Assembly (NCBI GenBank): GCA_033442325.1
Contig: JAWQFM010000006.1
Span: 1,441,124-1,505,123, forward strand
From: Salpingoeca rosetta
Lineage: Eukaryota; Protista; Choanoflagellata
Direction: 5' to 3'
Length of the DNA stretch: 64,000 nucleotides
Shown here: positions 1 to 20,001 of the stretch, in pieces
Numbering within the stretch: position 1 is the first letter of the stretch
Layout of the letters: every line of letters begins with the position of its first letter
The notes under the pieces: generated by a model
The model's database searches: none
What the model saw: the letters and a program-made list of their open reading frames with translations, nothing else
What the model was told of the DNA's origin: nothing
Translations under genes and position numbers: made by a program

Positions 1-1045
<1,045 letters not shown>

Positions 1046-1345
1046 CTTGCTTGGATCAAGGACAGGGAATGAGCGGGCTGTTGTCGTGCGTGTGAAGGTC
1101 AGTGAGTGGGCTTGTTGAGAGTTGTGGGAAATACGCACCGCCCACGACCCACAGCAAATCCAAACAAGCAACGAGCTTGTTGTGATTGGTTTTATCGCTG
1201 ACGTCAGCGCAATTCTCGCTTTGCTTGCACAACCACAAACAGCAAAACACCAAAACAGCGCCCTCCCTTCCTCCTCCAGCCAACGCAACAACAAGCAACA
1301 AGCAAGCAAGCAAGCAAGATGGCGCACACGACCAACAACCACACC

Positions 1346-1608
1346 ATGCTGCTGCCTGTGGTGGCAGTGGCGGCGGTACTTGCGCTGATGGCTGCGCAGG
1401 CGAGCGCCTCGGGCGCGTATGGCGATCCCGGAAAGTTTGACTCCTATGTCCTGGCCCTCTCGTGGACGCCCGAGTTTTGCTTCCAGAACCCTTCCTCCGA
1501 TGAGTGCAAGTCCATCGAGCCTTCTGACTTTGCCGCCAGCAACTTTGGCCTGCACGGCCTCTGGCCCCAGTACAACTCTTCCCACGACGGCCACGACTGG
1601 CCTCAGGT

Positions 1609-1700
<92 letters not shown>

Positions 1701-2249
1701 CGTCGTTGTTGTCGTTGTTGTTTTGTTTTGCTTTTGATTTTGTCATTGAATGCACCCCTTTCCACCCAACACACCGCCACACCTTCTTTGCCAAAACGCT
1801 CACTCATCCCCCCCCCACTCACTTGCTCACCCACTCTCTCTCTCGCTCACTCTCGCTCGCAACAGTTTTGCCACGCAGACAACACAAGCTACTGGAAGGC
1901 CATCTCCTCTGTGCTGAACAACGTTGAACAAGAGTTCCTTCAGCAGTGGAAGAAGTATGCCCCCGCCTACGCGTACTCCGACCTCCTTACCCATGAGTGG
2001 CAGCGTCACGGCTCCTGCGCCCTCCCCGCCGTACGTCCTCCCTACACACACACAAAATGGATTATTCCCGCCGTGCTATTCCTGCTGTGCTCAACGCATG
2101 ACACGATTGCCTTGAGTGTTTTCTATCCCTGCTGTCTCGTGTGTGTGTGTGTGTGTGTGTGTGTTTATCAATCACACGCTACGGTGTTCCACTCCTTCTT
2201 TTGTCCGGTGTTCTCACGATCAAACACACACACAACCTTCCACCTGCAA

Positions 2250-2281
<32 letters not shown>

Positions 2282-2684
2282 CCATCCATGTACACTGTGT
2301 CGCTGTGTGCCGTTGCAGGTGCTCAACGCGTGGAAGTCTGTGGACGCGCTGTACGACGTGCAGAAGGCGTACTTTGGATACCAGATGCAGCTCGTGGCTG
2401 CCAACCCCACGCCAGGGTTCGTCACACAGGCCCTCAAGTCTGGAAAGCCCGTGGCCGTGTCAGACCTGCAGCAGCACTTTGGCGGCGCGCAGTACGTTGG
2501 CCTGCAGTGCGTCATGGCAGGGAACAAGGCGTTTCTGTCGCAGATTGAGCTGTGCTACGCAAAGGATGCCACTGGCCGCCCCACCACCAAGACGCCCTGC
2601 CCCGCCACTGTCCTCAACAACAGCTACGACAACAACTGTGTCACCACAAAGCAGTCCCACGTCTACATCACAAAGATGAAGTGA
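1346..2684 (+). CDS. RNASET2: Secreted ribonuclease T2 family protein (exons 1346-1606, 1866-2030, 2319-2684; alternative start at 1319)
   Basis: Signal peptide MLLPVVAVAAVLALMAAQASA; FDSYVLALSWTPEFC; CAS I FGLHGLWP; CAS II HEWQRHGSC; C-terminal LSQIELC. GT-AG introns are in phase. Confidence 0.93.
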
Positions 2685-2918
2685 CGGGCGTGCGCCGCTG
2701 CTCTGCTTGCGCGCGCGTGAATGTCGACACGTGTGACAACACGCTTGCGTGCGTGCGTGCAAGCGTGTGTTTTTGTGGCTTTGTTGTGGTTGATGTTGTG
2801 GCTGTCGTTGTTCTGTCGCCTTGTTGTGCAGGAGGTTGTGTTGTGTTTGTGATGATGATAACCAAAGGGTGCCTTTGTATGGCGTCGACACCATCGCTCA
2901 AGTTGATGCGTGCGATAA

Positions 2919-2958
<40 letters not shown>

Positions 2959-2960
2959 GG

Positions 2961-2991
<31 letters not shown>

Positions 2992-4205
2992 CTCCTTCCT
3001 CTTCCTCTACCTCTTCCTCTCCCTCCGCCTCTCCCTCTTCCTCCTGCTGCTGGTCCTCCTCCCGCACTTGATTCCCGGTTGCTGTTGCACCCTTTGCTGC
3101 CTGCATGTTTAGATCCAATCGTAGCTCTCATTGTCTGGTGCCACGTGCCGTGTGTTCCATGCGTGCACGCCGTTTCCAATTTCCGTGCGGTCAGCGCTAA
3201 CTTTATACGTTTCGCGGTGGTTGTTGTTCGTTTGTTTGATGGGACATGATGCACACTACATCCCATCCTGTTTTGCTGTCTATGTCATCTCAACGCGCTC
3301 TCTTTCGTTGTGTTTACTATGTTGCTTCTCTCGTTCTCCATCGCCACTGTTGTGTTTCCACGCACGAAGTGTACTCACTGATGAATGAATGCGACACAAG
3401 AGGGACANNNNNNNNNNNNNNNNNNNNNNNNNNNNNNNNNNNNNNNNNNNNNNNNNNNNNNNNNNNNNNNNNNNNNNNNNNNNNNNNNNNNNNNNNNNNN
3501 NNNNNNNNNNNNNNNNNNNNNNNNNNNNNNNNNNNNNNNNNNNNNNNNNNNNNNNNNNNNNNNNNNNNNNNNNNNNNNNNNNNNNNNNNNNNNNNNNNNN
3601 NNNNNNNNNNNNNNNNNNNNNNNNNNNNNNNNNNNNNNNNNNNNNNNNNNNNNNNNNNNNNNNNNNNNNNNNNNNNNNNNNNNNNNNNNNNNNNNNNNNN
3701 NNNNNNNNNNNNNNNNNNNNNNNNNNNNNNNNNNNNNNNNNNNNNNNNNNNNNNNNNNNNNNNNNNNNNNNNNNNNNNNNNNNNNNNNNNNNNNNNNNNN
3801 NNNNNNNNNNNNNNNNNNNNNNNNNNNNNNNNNNNNNNNNNNNNNNNNNNNNNNNNNNNNNNNNNNNNNNNNNNNNNNNNNNNNNNNNNNNNNNNNNNNN
3901 NNNNNNNNNTTGTCTCTTCCATATCATTTATTTACTTTTCTGGAGCCATTCATGACTCTCGTTAGTCTTGTACTCCTCTTTCACCTTCACTCTAGGGTAC
4001 CCACATCTCCCGACCGCTTAAGTTTCCAATTATCTATTATCTTCTTTTCTTTTATTGTTCCCACACTTCTTGCTATATTCTCACCGGCCTCCGCGCTTTA
4101 GGCGTCCTAGTTGTGTAGGCTAGAGCTTCCCGTGACTCTTTATGTCACTCGCGTATATTTTCACTTCACACACTCACGTTACACTCACACACACACACAC
4201 ACACT

Positions 4206-4308
<103 letters not shown>

Positions 4309-4316
4309 GTACGGAC

Positions 4317-5762
<1,446 letters not shown>

Positions 5763-5793
5763 TCAACCCAATAAGGGGTTGATGGTGGTGGTG

Positions 5794-5860
<67 letters not shown>

Positions 5861-7815
5861 ACNNNNNNNNNNNNNNNNNNNNNNNNNNNNNNNNNNNNNN
5901 NNNNNNNNNNNNNNNNNNNNNNNNNNNNNNNNNNNNNNNNNNNNNNNNNNNNNNNNNNNNNNNNNNNNNNNNNNNNNNNNNNNNNNNNNNNNNNNNNNNN
6001 NNNNNNNNNNNNNNNNNNNNNNNNNNNNNNNNNNNNNNNNNNNNNNNNNNNNNNNNNNNNNNNNNNNNNNNNNNNNNNNNNNNNNNNNNNNNNNNNNNNN
6101 NNNNNNNNNNNNNNNNNNNNNNNNNNNNNNNNNNNNNNNNNNNNNNNNNNNNNNNNNNNNNNNNNNNNNNNNNNNNNNNNNNNNNNNNNNNNNNNNNNNN
6201 NNNNNNNNNNNNNNNNNNNNNNNNNNNNNNNNNNNNNNNNNNNNNNNNNNNNNNNNNNNNNNNNNNNNNNNNNNNNNNNNNNNNNNNNNNNNNNNNNNNN
6301 NNNNNNNNNNNNNNNNNNNNNNNNNNNNNNNNNNNNNNNNNNNNNNNNNNNNNNNNNNNNNNNNNNNNNNNNNNNNNNNNNNNNNNNNNNNNNNNNNNNN
6401 NNNNNNNNNNNNNNNNNNNNNNNNNNNNNNNNNNNNNNNNNNNNNNNNNNNNNNNNNNNNNNNNNNNNNNNNNNNNNNNNNNNNNNNNNNNNNNNNNNNN
6501 NNNNNNNNNNNNNNNNNNNNNNNNNNNNNNNNNNNNNNNNNNNNNNNNNNNNNNNNNNNNNNNNNNNNNNNNNNNNNNNNNNNNNNNNNNNNNNNNNNNN
6601 NNNNNNNNNNNNNNNNNNNNNNNNNNNNNNNNNNNNNNNNNNNNNNNNNNNNNNNNNNNNNNNNNNNNNNNNNNNNNNNNNNNNNNNNNNNNNNNNNNNN
6701 NNNNNNNNGCGACAATCTGCCATTTGCCAAACCAAAGCCAAAAAGGAGCATAAGACGGGGACGTTTGTAAGGAGTATTGGCGTGTGGCGGGAGGTGTGTT
6801 GATGTGCGGTGCGATGCAAGTGGTGTGATTCACATGGCAGGGGGCCATCCTCCCTCACATCCGCGTGGAAGAGGCGCAGTGCACGGAAAGATCAAGCACA
6901 ACACACACACACACACACACAACACACACTCTCTCTCTCTTTCTCTCTCTGTCTTTGTGTCTCTATCTCTCTGTCTCTGTCTCTATCTCTCTGTCTCTGT
7001 CTCTGTCTCTGTCTCTGTCTCTCACACACACACACTCTCACACTCACTCACTCACACGCACACACGCACTCACTCACTCACATGCACACACACACTCTCT
7101 CTCTCAAGAACAACAGCAAAAGTTGAAAGCTCTTCAACACGGTTGTGGGCGGAGGAACGCACGTTCGGGATAGCGTGCGCATGAAGCTTGATCGACGTGT
7201 CGATGACCTTGAGCTCGGTCTTGACGATGAACCTTCTACAACAGAGGAGCAAGCCAAGGAAACCCGTAGCTGGTGAGCAAGGAGCCAACTTCATGGCGTG
7301 CCATGCCATGTCATGACCTCAGCCGAGAGGCACAAGGCGCGATTGATCAAAGGTACAGCAAAGACTCAAACACGCGCGAAGGCACGACTCAACGATCACC
7401 AATCCCCCCCCGCCACAACAAGGTCTTTTCAACAACCACACTGCTCGCTCGAAGTACCTCCTGTGTGATTGCTCCGAGGCGAAGACATGGCTGTGTGCGT
7501 GTGTGTCGGGGGGTGTAGGTGCGTGCGTGTCTTCTGCGGCTCTGGCTGGCTCTGGCTGGCTCTGGCACAACAACAAACAATCAGCAGCAGTCCACCCCAC
7601 AACAGAGTAAGCGATTGCCTCGTTTACCGAAATTTTACACAAGATATCATCAAATTCTCCCCAACCCGCACACGTTTCGCAGGCGGACAACAACAGACAC
7701 AGACAGCAGTAGCGGACGTGTGCGGTTGTGGTGCTTGTCGTGTGTGCGAGCGAACGTTTGCTTGCTTGCTTGCTTGTTTGCTTGCTTGCTTTCGCTTGGT
7801 TGCCTTGTTGTGTCG

Positions 7816-8463
7816 ATGGACACGATGGACACCCAAGTTGGTGAGGAGGTGTTTCGGGTTGGCCAAGGGGACCAAGAGGAGGTCTGGGACGACTCCGAGC
7901 TGGTGAACGCTTACCAAGCGGCCATTAACACCTTTGAAGTGCAGCAGGAAAAGGTGTGTGTGTGTTTGTGCATGAGTGTGCATGAGTGAGCATCAGTGTG
8001 TGTGTGTGTGTGTGTGCGTGTGTGAACGTGTGCATGCGTACACGCTCAGGCTCGTGCATTTCTTATGCATCACTTGTGCACGCGCCCTGTGCACACTTGT
8101 CTGCCTCCTCTTCTTACTCTCCTCGCTTTTCCTGCTCATGATTCGGTGCTCCACCTCGTTTTGTTCATGCTCCCCTCCCCCTCGTCTTTCTCGCATCCGC
8201 CACGCTTGCAGCGACAAGGCAGGAGGCGGAAGGAGCACAGACCAGCGGCAAAAGAATGGAAGGTCGGCGATGAGTGCAGGGCAGTGTGGACGGAGGATGA
8301 GGAGATCTACGACGCCGAGATCACCAGCATCTCCGCTGACGGCACCACATGCACTGTGCTGTACACGGAATACGGCAACAGCGAGGAGCAGCCGCTCACG
8401 GCACTGCTCCCTCCGTTTCAGCGCGGGCCCGTGTTCTCTGTTCCAAAGCACCTCGAGATCAGA

Positions 8464-8495
<32 letters not shown>

Positions 8496-9218
8496 TGCTG
8501 CTGCTCCTGGTGCTGATGGCGGTGATGGTGCTGATGTTGCTGATGGCGACGCTGCTGATGGCGGTGATGGTGCGGGCAATGCTGTGGCCGGCACCAGCTC
8601 TGACGATGGCGTTTTTCAACAATCAACACATCAGCGTGCGAACGACGTGGAGGCTGAAGGAGGTGTGCCAATGAAGAAGGCAAAACTATCATCAGCTGAA
8701 GCGGTTGAAGGGGACGAGGCGCAGACAGCAACAGCGAACGCGGCAGCGCCATCCCCATGGACAAGTGGAGTGACGGCGCCCACAGCCCTTGCTGGCGGTG
8801 GTCCTGACGGTGATGCACAGGAAGCGGCGTTGGCCAACATGCTCATGGCATGGTACCAATCAGGCTTCTACACAGGTGAGCCAAGTTGTGGGTGGGTGTG
8901 TATCGTGTGTGTACTGGGTGTGTTGTTTGTGTGTGTGTGTGTCGTGCGTGCGTGTGTGTATGTGTATGTGTGTTGAGTGTGAGGGAGAGAGTGTGTGTAT
9001 GTGTATGTGTGTTGAGTGTGAGGGAGAGAGAGTGTGTGTGTGTGTGGAGATGTGTGTGTGTACATGAGCAAATATGTCAGTCAGCAGATGGTTGCTTGTG
9101 TGCCTGTGCTCTTGCCCGTGCGCATGGAGACACTCCATTCATCGAACTCACGTTGATACCACTGACAGGTTATTATCAAGCCCTCCAACAACTACAACAA
9201 CAACAACAGCAGGAGTAG
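7816..9218 (+). CDS. SMN: Survival motor neuron protein homolog (exons 7816-7953, 8212-8875, 9169-9218)
   Basis: Gemin2-binding motif [19 protein letters not shown]; Tudor domain [25 protein letters not shown]...[14 protein letters not shown]; YG-box [21 protein letters not shown], in canonical SMN order. Confidence 0.92.
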
Positions 9219-9401
9219 TAGTGGTGGTGATGTGTGCTGCTCATAATGCAGTGCCCTTGTTTATGCGGATTGTCTCTGCTGTTTTGAATAATCGAATCCC
9301 ATATCCTTCAACAAATGTGTGGTGTACAAATAAACAGTCCCAAGACTGCAAGAGAACAGCAACAAGGTTGACAGCGCATAGAAAGGCATCTATGACTAGC
9401 T

Positions 9402-9501
<100 letters not shown>

Positions 9502-9549
9502 CAAAACGTCGTCGTGTGTGCATGTGTGCCAGCGGCGCCTGGTGCGGGC

Positions 9550-13240
<3,691 letters not shown>

Positions 13241-13388
13241 GTTGCCCACTACTGTTTTTGCTATTCATATCCGTTGGCGGAGATGATTCGTCGCGCCACA
13301 CTCATCATTTCATCGCCCACCTCGTCACCGCGTTTCACATCATCATCATCATCGGCGCACAGCACGCACCACCGTCGTGACGACGAGG

Positions 13389-16132
13389 ATGATGATGATG
13401 ACGACACCGCGACCACGACAGTGTGGGCGGATGCTGGCTGCGCTGTTGGTGCTTGCGGCTGCATGGGGTGGTGGATCCGCGCAGCAGATGCCGGCAGATG
13501 GAATAAGGTGCCCCGTTGTCGTGCCTGCGTTTGAGACAGCATGCAACACAAGCAGCACCACGCCCGGCGGCACCTGCGAGGTGCGCTGCCCTGTGGACGA
13601 TACTGCTGTGCAACTGCAGTGCGCCGACGACGGCATGTGGCGCTTCGCCGATGCCAACCCTGACGGCTGCTTGCCCAGCATCTGCCAGGGAAAATGCGCC
13701 TGCGATCCAGTGACCAGCTTTCCAGGGCAGGTCATGGTGTCTTGCTCGAACCTGTTTGGGATCGTCCGCACCCCAGACTTGGTCGCCGGGATGCCTCCAA
13801 CCGTCACCCGAGTGCGGTTCTACGCGGAGACATTTTTCAGGAGCAATGACCTCGTCATCCCATCCTCCATCTTCTACTTCACACCCAACATCACTGCCTT
13901 CCGCGCCAACGACTGCCGACAGGTCACCCTGGTCGACTCCCCAACCTTCACCTGGGCGGACCTTGCCCTGCGGCGACTGCTCGAGCCCCGCGCGCCGAGT
14001 CTCAACTCCTTCTCCGTCTCTCTCATTCGCGCCAAGAACATCTCGGGCATCCTGCCGCTGCTTGATGCGATGGTGCCGCGGAGGTCGTGTGCGGAGAAGA
14101 AGCTGACGCGCCTCGAACTAATGGGATCGCACGTTGGCGACACCATCCCCTCGTACATGCTGCTGCTCATCCGCAGCCTGGACATATCCGAGTCCAATGT
14201 TGTCCGCGTCTCCGACGACCTCGGCGACAACTCCAACAACATGGTCAGCTGCTGCATGCTCCTCTTCACGGCCAGGGGCACCCCCATGGACGACCTGAGC
14301 GGGCTGCCTCTATGCGTGGCACTGGCGTCCGTGACGCTCGTGGAGACGGGCCTCACTGCCATGCCGCCGCTGCCCGCTGTTCGCCAGATCACCAATCTCG
14401 ACCTGCGGGACAACAACATCACGCACGTTGAGCCAGGCGCGTTGGAGAAGGCCTTCGATGTCGACGATGCCACGTGGGTGCAAACACGCTCCCTGTACAT
14501 GAGCGGCAATCCAACAACCTGCCACCTGCAAACCAACGATCGGGGCTTCTCTTCCGTCAACTGCACGTGCTACAACGGCATTGCCAACTCGCCAGCGTGC
14601 CCGCAGTCGCCAACCACATCGTGCTCTCCAGACAGCAGTGATGGCGACGACGACGACAACCCGCTGCTGGCCAATGACGATGACGATGGCACGGGTGGTG
14701 CCAACAACAGCAACAGCAACAGCAACAACGGCACAGAGAGCATCGCCATCACGCGTATCTGCGATAGCCAAGTGGACTGCACAAGTGGCCGTGATGAGCA
14801 CAACTGCACGTTCTACGTGGCAGCCACGACGCCGCTGTCAGACTGCACAGTTGTGGCGGCAGTCTGGCCTGCGTTTGTGTGTCTGCGGCGCCTGCGCGTT
14901 GATGTGAGCCGTGGTCGTGTGCGGCTCACCCCAATCGGTTCTCCGCTTGTGAACACAATGTGTCCCATTGGTCATGGTGCGTTCATCTCCATTGCCACAG
15001 CCGAGGGCACATTCTCAACATCGTCATTCAGGTGTGGCTGCGAGCGTGTGAATGTATATATGCGTGTGGGGGGGGGGTAGTGAGTGAGTTATTGAGCGTG
15101 TGTGTGCACAATGTGTGCAAACATGTGTGCAAATCTGGGTGGTGGTCGCCTTTGGTTTTCTCCGTTTGCTTCTCCACCGTCCATCGAACATCACTCACGC
15201 ATATCACCACCACCACCACCATTATCACCACGACAACCACCATTATCACCACCATTTTCACCACGACAACCACGAATGCAGGATGAGCATACTTGATGAC
15301 GGTGTGCAACTCACCCTCTCCCTTATCAGCAGCCTCTCGTTTGCGTCTTCTGGGTTCTGCACTGTTGGCTTTGTGTTTGGCAACCACACGGCATCTGTGC
15401 AGCCATCGACCACCACGCCTGCAACAGGGTCCATGTCTGTTCCCACCGTGCCAACGATTCCTTTGACAACACAGCCGACACCCACCACAACCACAATTCC
15501 AACGACTGCTTCCGCCACACCGCCCCCGCCCTGCCCAACCGTCACAAGCAGTGCGTTTTTGCCTCGGCGTGTGTATGTTTGCATGTGTGTGTGTGTGTGC
15601 ATGTGTGTATGTCAGTGCATGTGTTTGGTTGTTCTGGTTGATGGCACCAGCGCTCTGCTCTTGCGTGCTTGCAATTTCGCCCCAAATCACACATGTACAC
15701 TCACACACATACACATGAACACACTTGCACATACACTGACACAATTGCATACACACACACAAAATACACCTGCACAGCGTTCACGGCGGTCGAGTGCTCT
15801 GATGTGCCCCACGTCAACGAGCAGTGCTTGCTTGCATGCAACCAGCACAGCTGTCTTTCGCCCGTGCGCGTGACGTGCACTGCAGACGGGTGGAGCCAGG
15901 ACCCTTGTCTGAATATTGCGTCATGTGGTGGATGCCAGGTCCTGCGGTCCTTGAGCAGAAGCGATGACGTCACGTGCGGCACGTCACTCCAATGGGTATG
16001 TACTTCAACGTATGACCGTGCACAATTCTCGTGTCAATGTTGCTGTTCGTGCGGGGGACGAGAAAGCTTTTCCTCATGCGCACTGCTTATTGCCCCCATT
16101 TGCATCTCACCACTCCACCACCAACCATCATG

Positions 16133-16163
<31 letters not shown>

Positions 16164-17421
16164 TTTGTGTGTATGTGTATGTGTATGTGTATGTATGTGC
16201 ATGTGTGTATGTGTGTTTGGGTATGTGTATGTGTGTGTATGTGTGTGTGCGTTCCGCAGGAATCGCTGTGTAACATCACGACAGCGTCAGCGGACCAGTT
16301 TGCCCGTTGCACCGACGACACCTGGATGTTTTCCTCGTCCGTCAACACCGCAGCACAGGGTGTGTGTGTGTGTGTGCGTGTGCGTGTGTGTGTGTGTGTG
16401 TGCGCGCGCGTCACGTGTGCGTGATAGCTTGCGTTCTGTGGTTTTGTGTCTTGCGTGTCATGTGTGTGTGTGGCGCTATCTGCTGACAAACAACACTTAA
16501 CGCTGCTCATGCCAACACCACCTCTGGGTGCGCAGACTGGGAGTCGTCGATCGGCGGTGACAATTCTGGCTCAAGCTCAAGCTCAAGCGGTCCCAGCGCA
16601 GGTGCTTTGCCCACGCCTCTTTCTTGTTTCGTTGTTTGTTGCTGCTTGGTTGTGAATCTGTGAGATGGGCAGCCTTTCTGGGCGAATGTGCATCTGTTTC
16701 CGAGGGCAAGAGTGCTGTCGGGAAGCTGCACCTTGGCAAAGACAATTTTACATGCATAGACAGAACCATCCAACTGGCCTCACCATCAGACTCACGCCGT
16801 ACACGCATGGCCACGACTTTGTTTGCGTGTTGGTGGTGTTGTTGGTGCGCATCAGGGGTTGTGGTTGCCGCTGTGGTCGTCGCCGTCGTTGTTGTGTGCG
16901 GCGCTCTTGTTGCGCTCATCATCCTCCGCAGGTTATCACTCTTCGATACGCGCGCGCGTGTGCCTGTGTATCTGTGCCTGTGTGTGTGTATGTGTGTCCC
17001 TGTTGTTCTCCCAAACACCATTCCTCAATCCACCACCACCTCAAACCACCTCCATCACCACCACCACCACCATCAGGCGGACGGCTGTCGGGACATCGCA
17101 CGCTGCGTTTGAGCTGCGTCGCCTGGAGAGCCGACGGAAACTGCTTGAGAAGGAGCTTGAAAGGGGAAACATTGTCCTGCGCCACCTCAACAGCGACGAC
17201 GAGCACGCCGCCCTGCAGCTTATCCCAAGGTGCGCCGTGAGGGGGGTGTGTGCGTGCGTGTGTGTGCGTGCGTGCGTGTGCGTGTGTATGTGCGCGTGTG
17301 TATGTGTGTGCGCGTGTGTGTGTGCGTGTGTATGTGTGTGCGTGTGTGTGTGTGTGCGTGTGTATGTGTGTGCGTGTGTGTGTGTGCGTATGTGTGTGCG
17401 TGTGTGGTTATGTGTGTGTGC

Positions 17422-17484
<63 letters not shown>

Positions 17485-18906
17485 TTCGCTCGCTCGTTGG
17501 CGCGTGTGACCCGTATTCTGTGCTGTCCAACTCACTTCATCACACCTCTTCCACCACATCCAGCTCGAGTCTTGAGCTGCAGGAGGAGGTTGGGCGCGGA
17601 ACATTCGGCGCTGTTCGCCGCGGCGTCTGGCGCGCACACGGCAGCGTGACGTACGTGGACTGGGAGTGCTGGTGCTGGTGGTTGTGGTGGTTGTGGTGAT
17701 TGATGGTTACCTTCGTTGTGGTGTTGTCGCTGGTGCGAAGCGTGCGCAAGGGTGGTCAAGGCAGGCGAAGAGAGACACGTCATTGCCACTGTGGGCACAG
17801 GACCACCGCACGCGTGGTCAACACCATCGTCACATGCCGCTTTCCCGGTACCACTGTCGTCAACTCAACATGCACGTGTTCATACCGTCTCATCAGGCAA
17901 GTTGCTGTGAAGACGCTGACCGCCACCGCCCAAGACGCCGATGCACACGCCGCGTTTGTTGTTGAAGCGCAGCTCATGTCTCTCCTCAGGTCAGCCGCTT
18001 TGCGCCTGTTGTGTGTGTGTTGTGTGTTGTGTTTTGTGTTGTGGGTGCGACTCTGTGTGTCTTGTGTTGTGTTGTGTTGTGTTGTGTTGTATGTGCGATC
18101 AGCTTGGTTTTGTTCCTCGCGGACACCATCCCTCACATGCGCCCATTCACCATCCCTTACAAACGCCCATTCATCACCATCACCATCACCTTCACTGTCA
18201 CCGCTGCTGCCGTTGCAGGCACCCCGCACTCGTTGGCGTGCACGGGTTCTGCAAGGACGCCCTGCAGCCGATGCTCGTCATGGAGTACATGCCCGGTGGC
18301 AACCTCAGATCGTGAGTTGACATTGTCGCGCCGGGAGGGGGGGGGGGAGTAGCGTCTTTGCCGCGATCAGGCATGCCCATCCTGTCATGACTGACGTGCT
18401 TGCCGTCGCAACCGTGAACACACACACACACATACATACAAATCGATCACACGCGCGGCACATGCACTACTGCAGGTATCTTAGGGCACAGGCGAGCAAA
18501 GGCCCATCAGCGATGGCCACAGCTGAGGAGGTGGGTGCACACACACACACACACACACGCACGCACACACACACACGCACACACACACACACGCGATTGA
18601 TGCGCAGGGGCTTTTGTGTTCGAGTGACGTTGCACGCGCGTGAAGCTTTACAGCGGCAAGCGTCATTGTGCATTCGCGTGTGCACTCATGTGTGCACCGC
18701 AACCATGCATGTCGAACAGCTGCTAGAAGTGTGTATCACCATTTCGGACGGAATGGCGTACCTCGCGTCGCAAAAGTCAGTCCTTCACTCTTCGTGGTCT
18801 GTGGTTTCGGCATCGCCCGCACGACATGTATGCACCTCACACACGCACACGTATACTCACACCAAGCATGCTCGCGCACATGAACACACTCACACCAACA
18901 AACACG

Positions 18907-18945
<39 letters not shown>

Positions 18946-19922
18946 ACACACACTCACACACTCACGCATTTATTCACCTCATCTCCCTCCCTTGCCCCCC
19001 CCCCAAATCCCTCAACACTACTACATCAGTATCGTACACCGCGATGTTGCCTGCCGCAATGTGCTCGTCGGCGTTTCTCTGCACGACGTGAAGATCAGCG
19101 ATTACGGCATGGCCCGGTTCCTCAGTGATTCAGACTACTACAGAATGGTGCGATCGCTGTGCCCTCGCTTTTCTGCTCCTCTGGTGGCCCTACTGCGAAT
19201 TACTCAGCATAGTACTCACTCACTCACTCACCCTCACTACACACACGCACACCCTCACTACACACACGCACACACACACACACACACACACGTCCTCACA
19301 CACACACATGTATATACACGCACACACACACACCCTACCTCTGCCAGGGGAGCGAGAGTGCGCTGCCGCTGCGGTGGATGGCTCCCGAGAGCCTCGAGCA
19401 GTTGAAGTGGACCAGCGCCAGCGATGTCTGGTGCGATACCTCGAGCCGCTCTGTGTGTTGTGTGTGTGTGTGTGTGTGTATGTGTGTGTGTGTGGGTGTG
19501 GGTGTCGGTGTGTCGGTGTGTCGGTGTGTCGGTGTGTCGGTGTGTTGTGATGTGCGTGCTGCACTTTGATTTTGACTTCGAGCTGTTTGTCTGTGAATTT
19601 ATTGCACTGTTTCACAGGAGTTGCGGCATCACGTTCTGGGAGATATTCATGTTCGGCAAGGTACCGCATGCACCGGCTTCTCAACGGCATGAACGTTTGA
19701 TGCAGCTGCAATGCACACTCAAACATACCCTCATCCGCCATCACACGTGACCGCTTACCACCATTCACTCCAATGCCTGCCCGCTGTGTCATTTGCCACA
19801 CTGCTGTGTGCAGACGCCGTTCAAGAACATTCAAGCCGTGCCCGCAATCATTGAAGCGCAGCTCAACATTCAACAGCACCTGCCGTTGCCACCCGCATGC
19901 CCACAGTACATGTACGTGGCTG

Positions 19923-20001
<79 letters not shown>

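Noticed and set aside
3910-4175. AT-rich segment unlike its surroundings (possible foreign DNA or mobile element)
   Set aside because: It sits between a gap and a long (CA)n run, with no convincing ORF or element ends; it looks like a low-quality read end.
6709-7320. Possible 5' exons of the CDK (e.g. about 7235-7163, RFIVKTELKVIDTSIK)
   Set aside because: Splice sites are plausible but there is no recognisable homology, and the gap prevents linking them.
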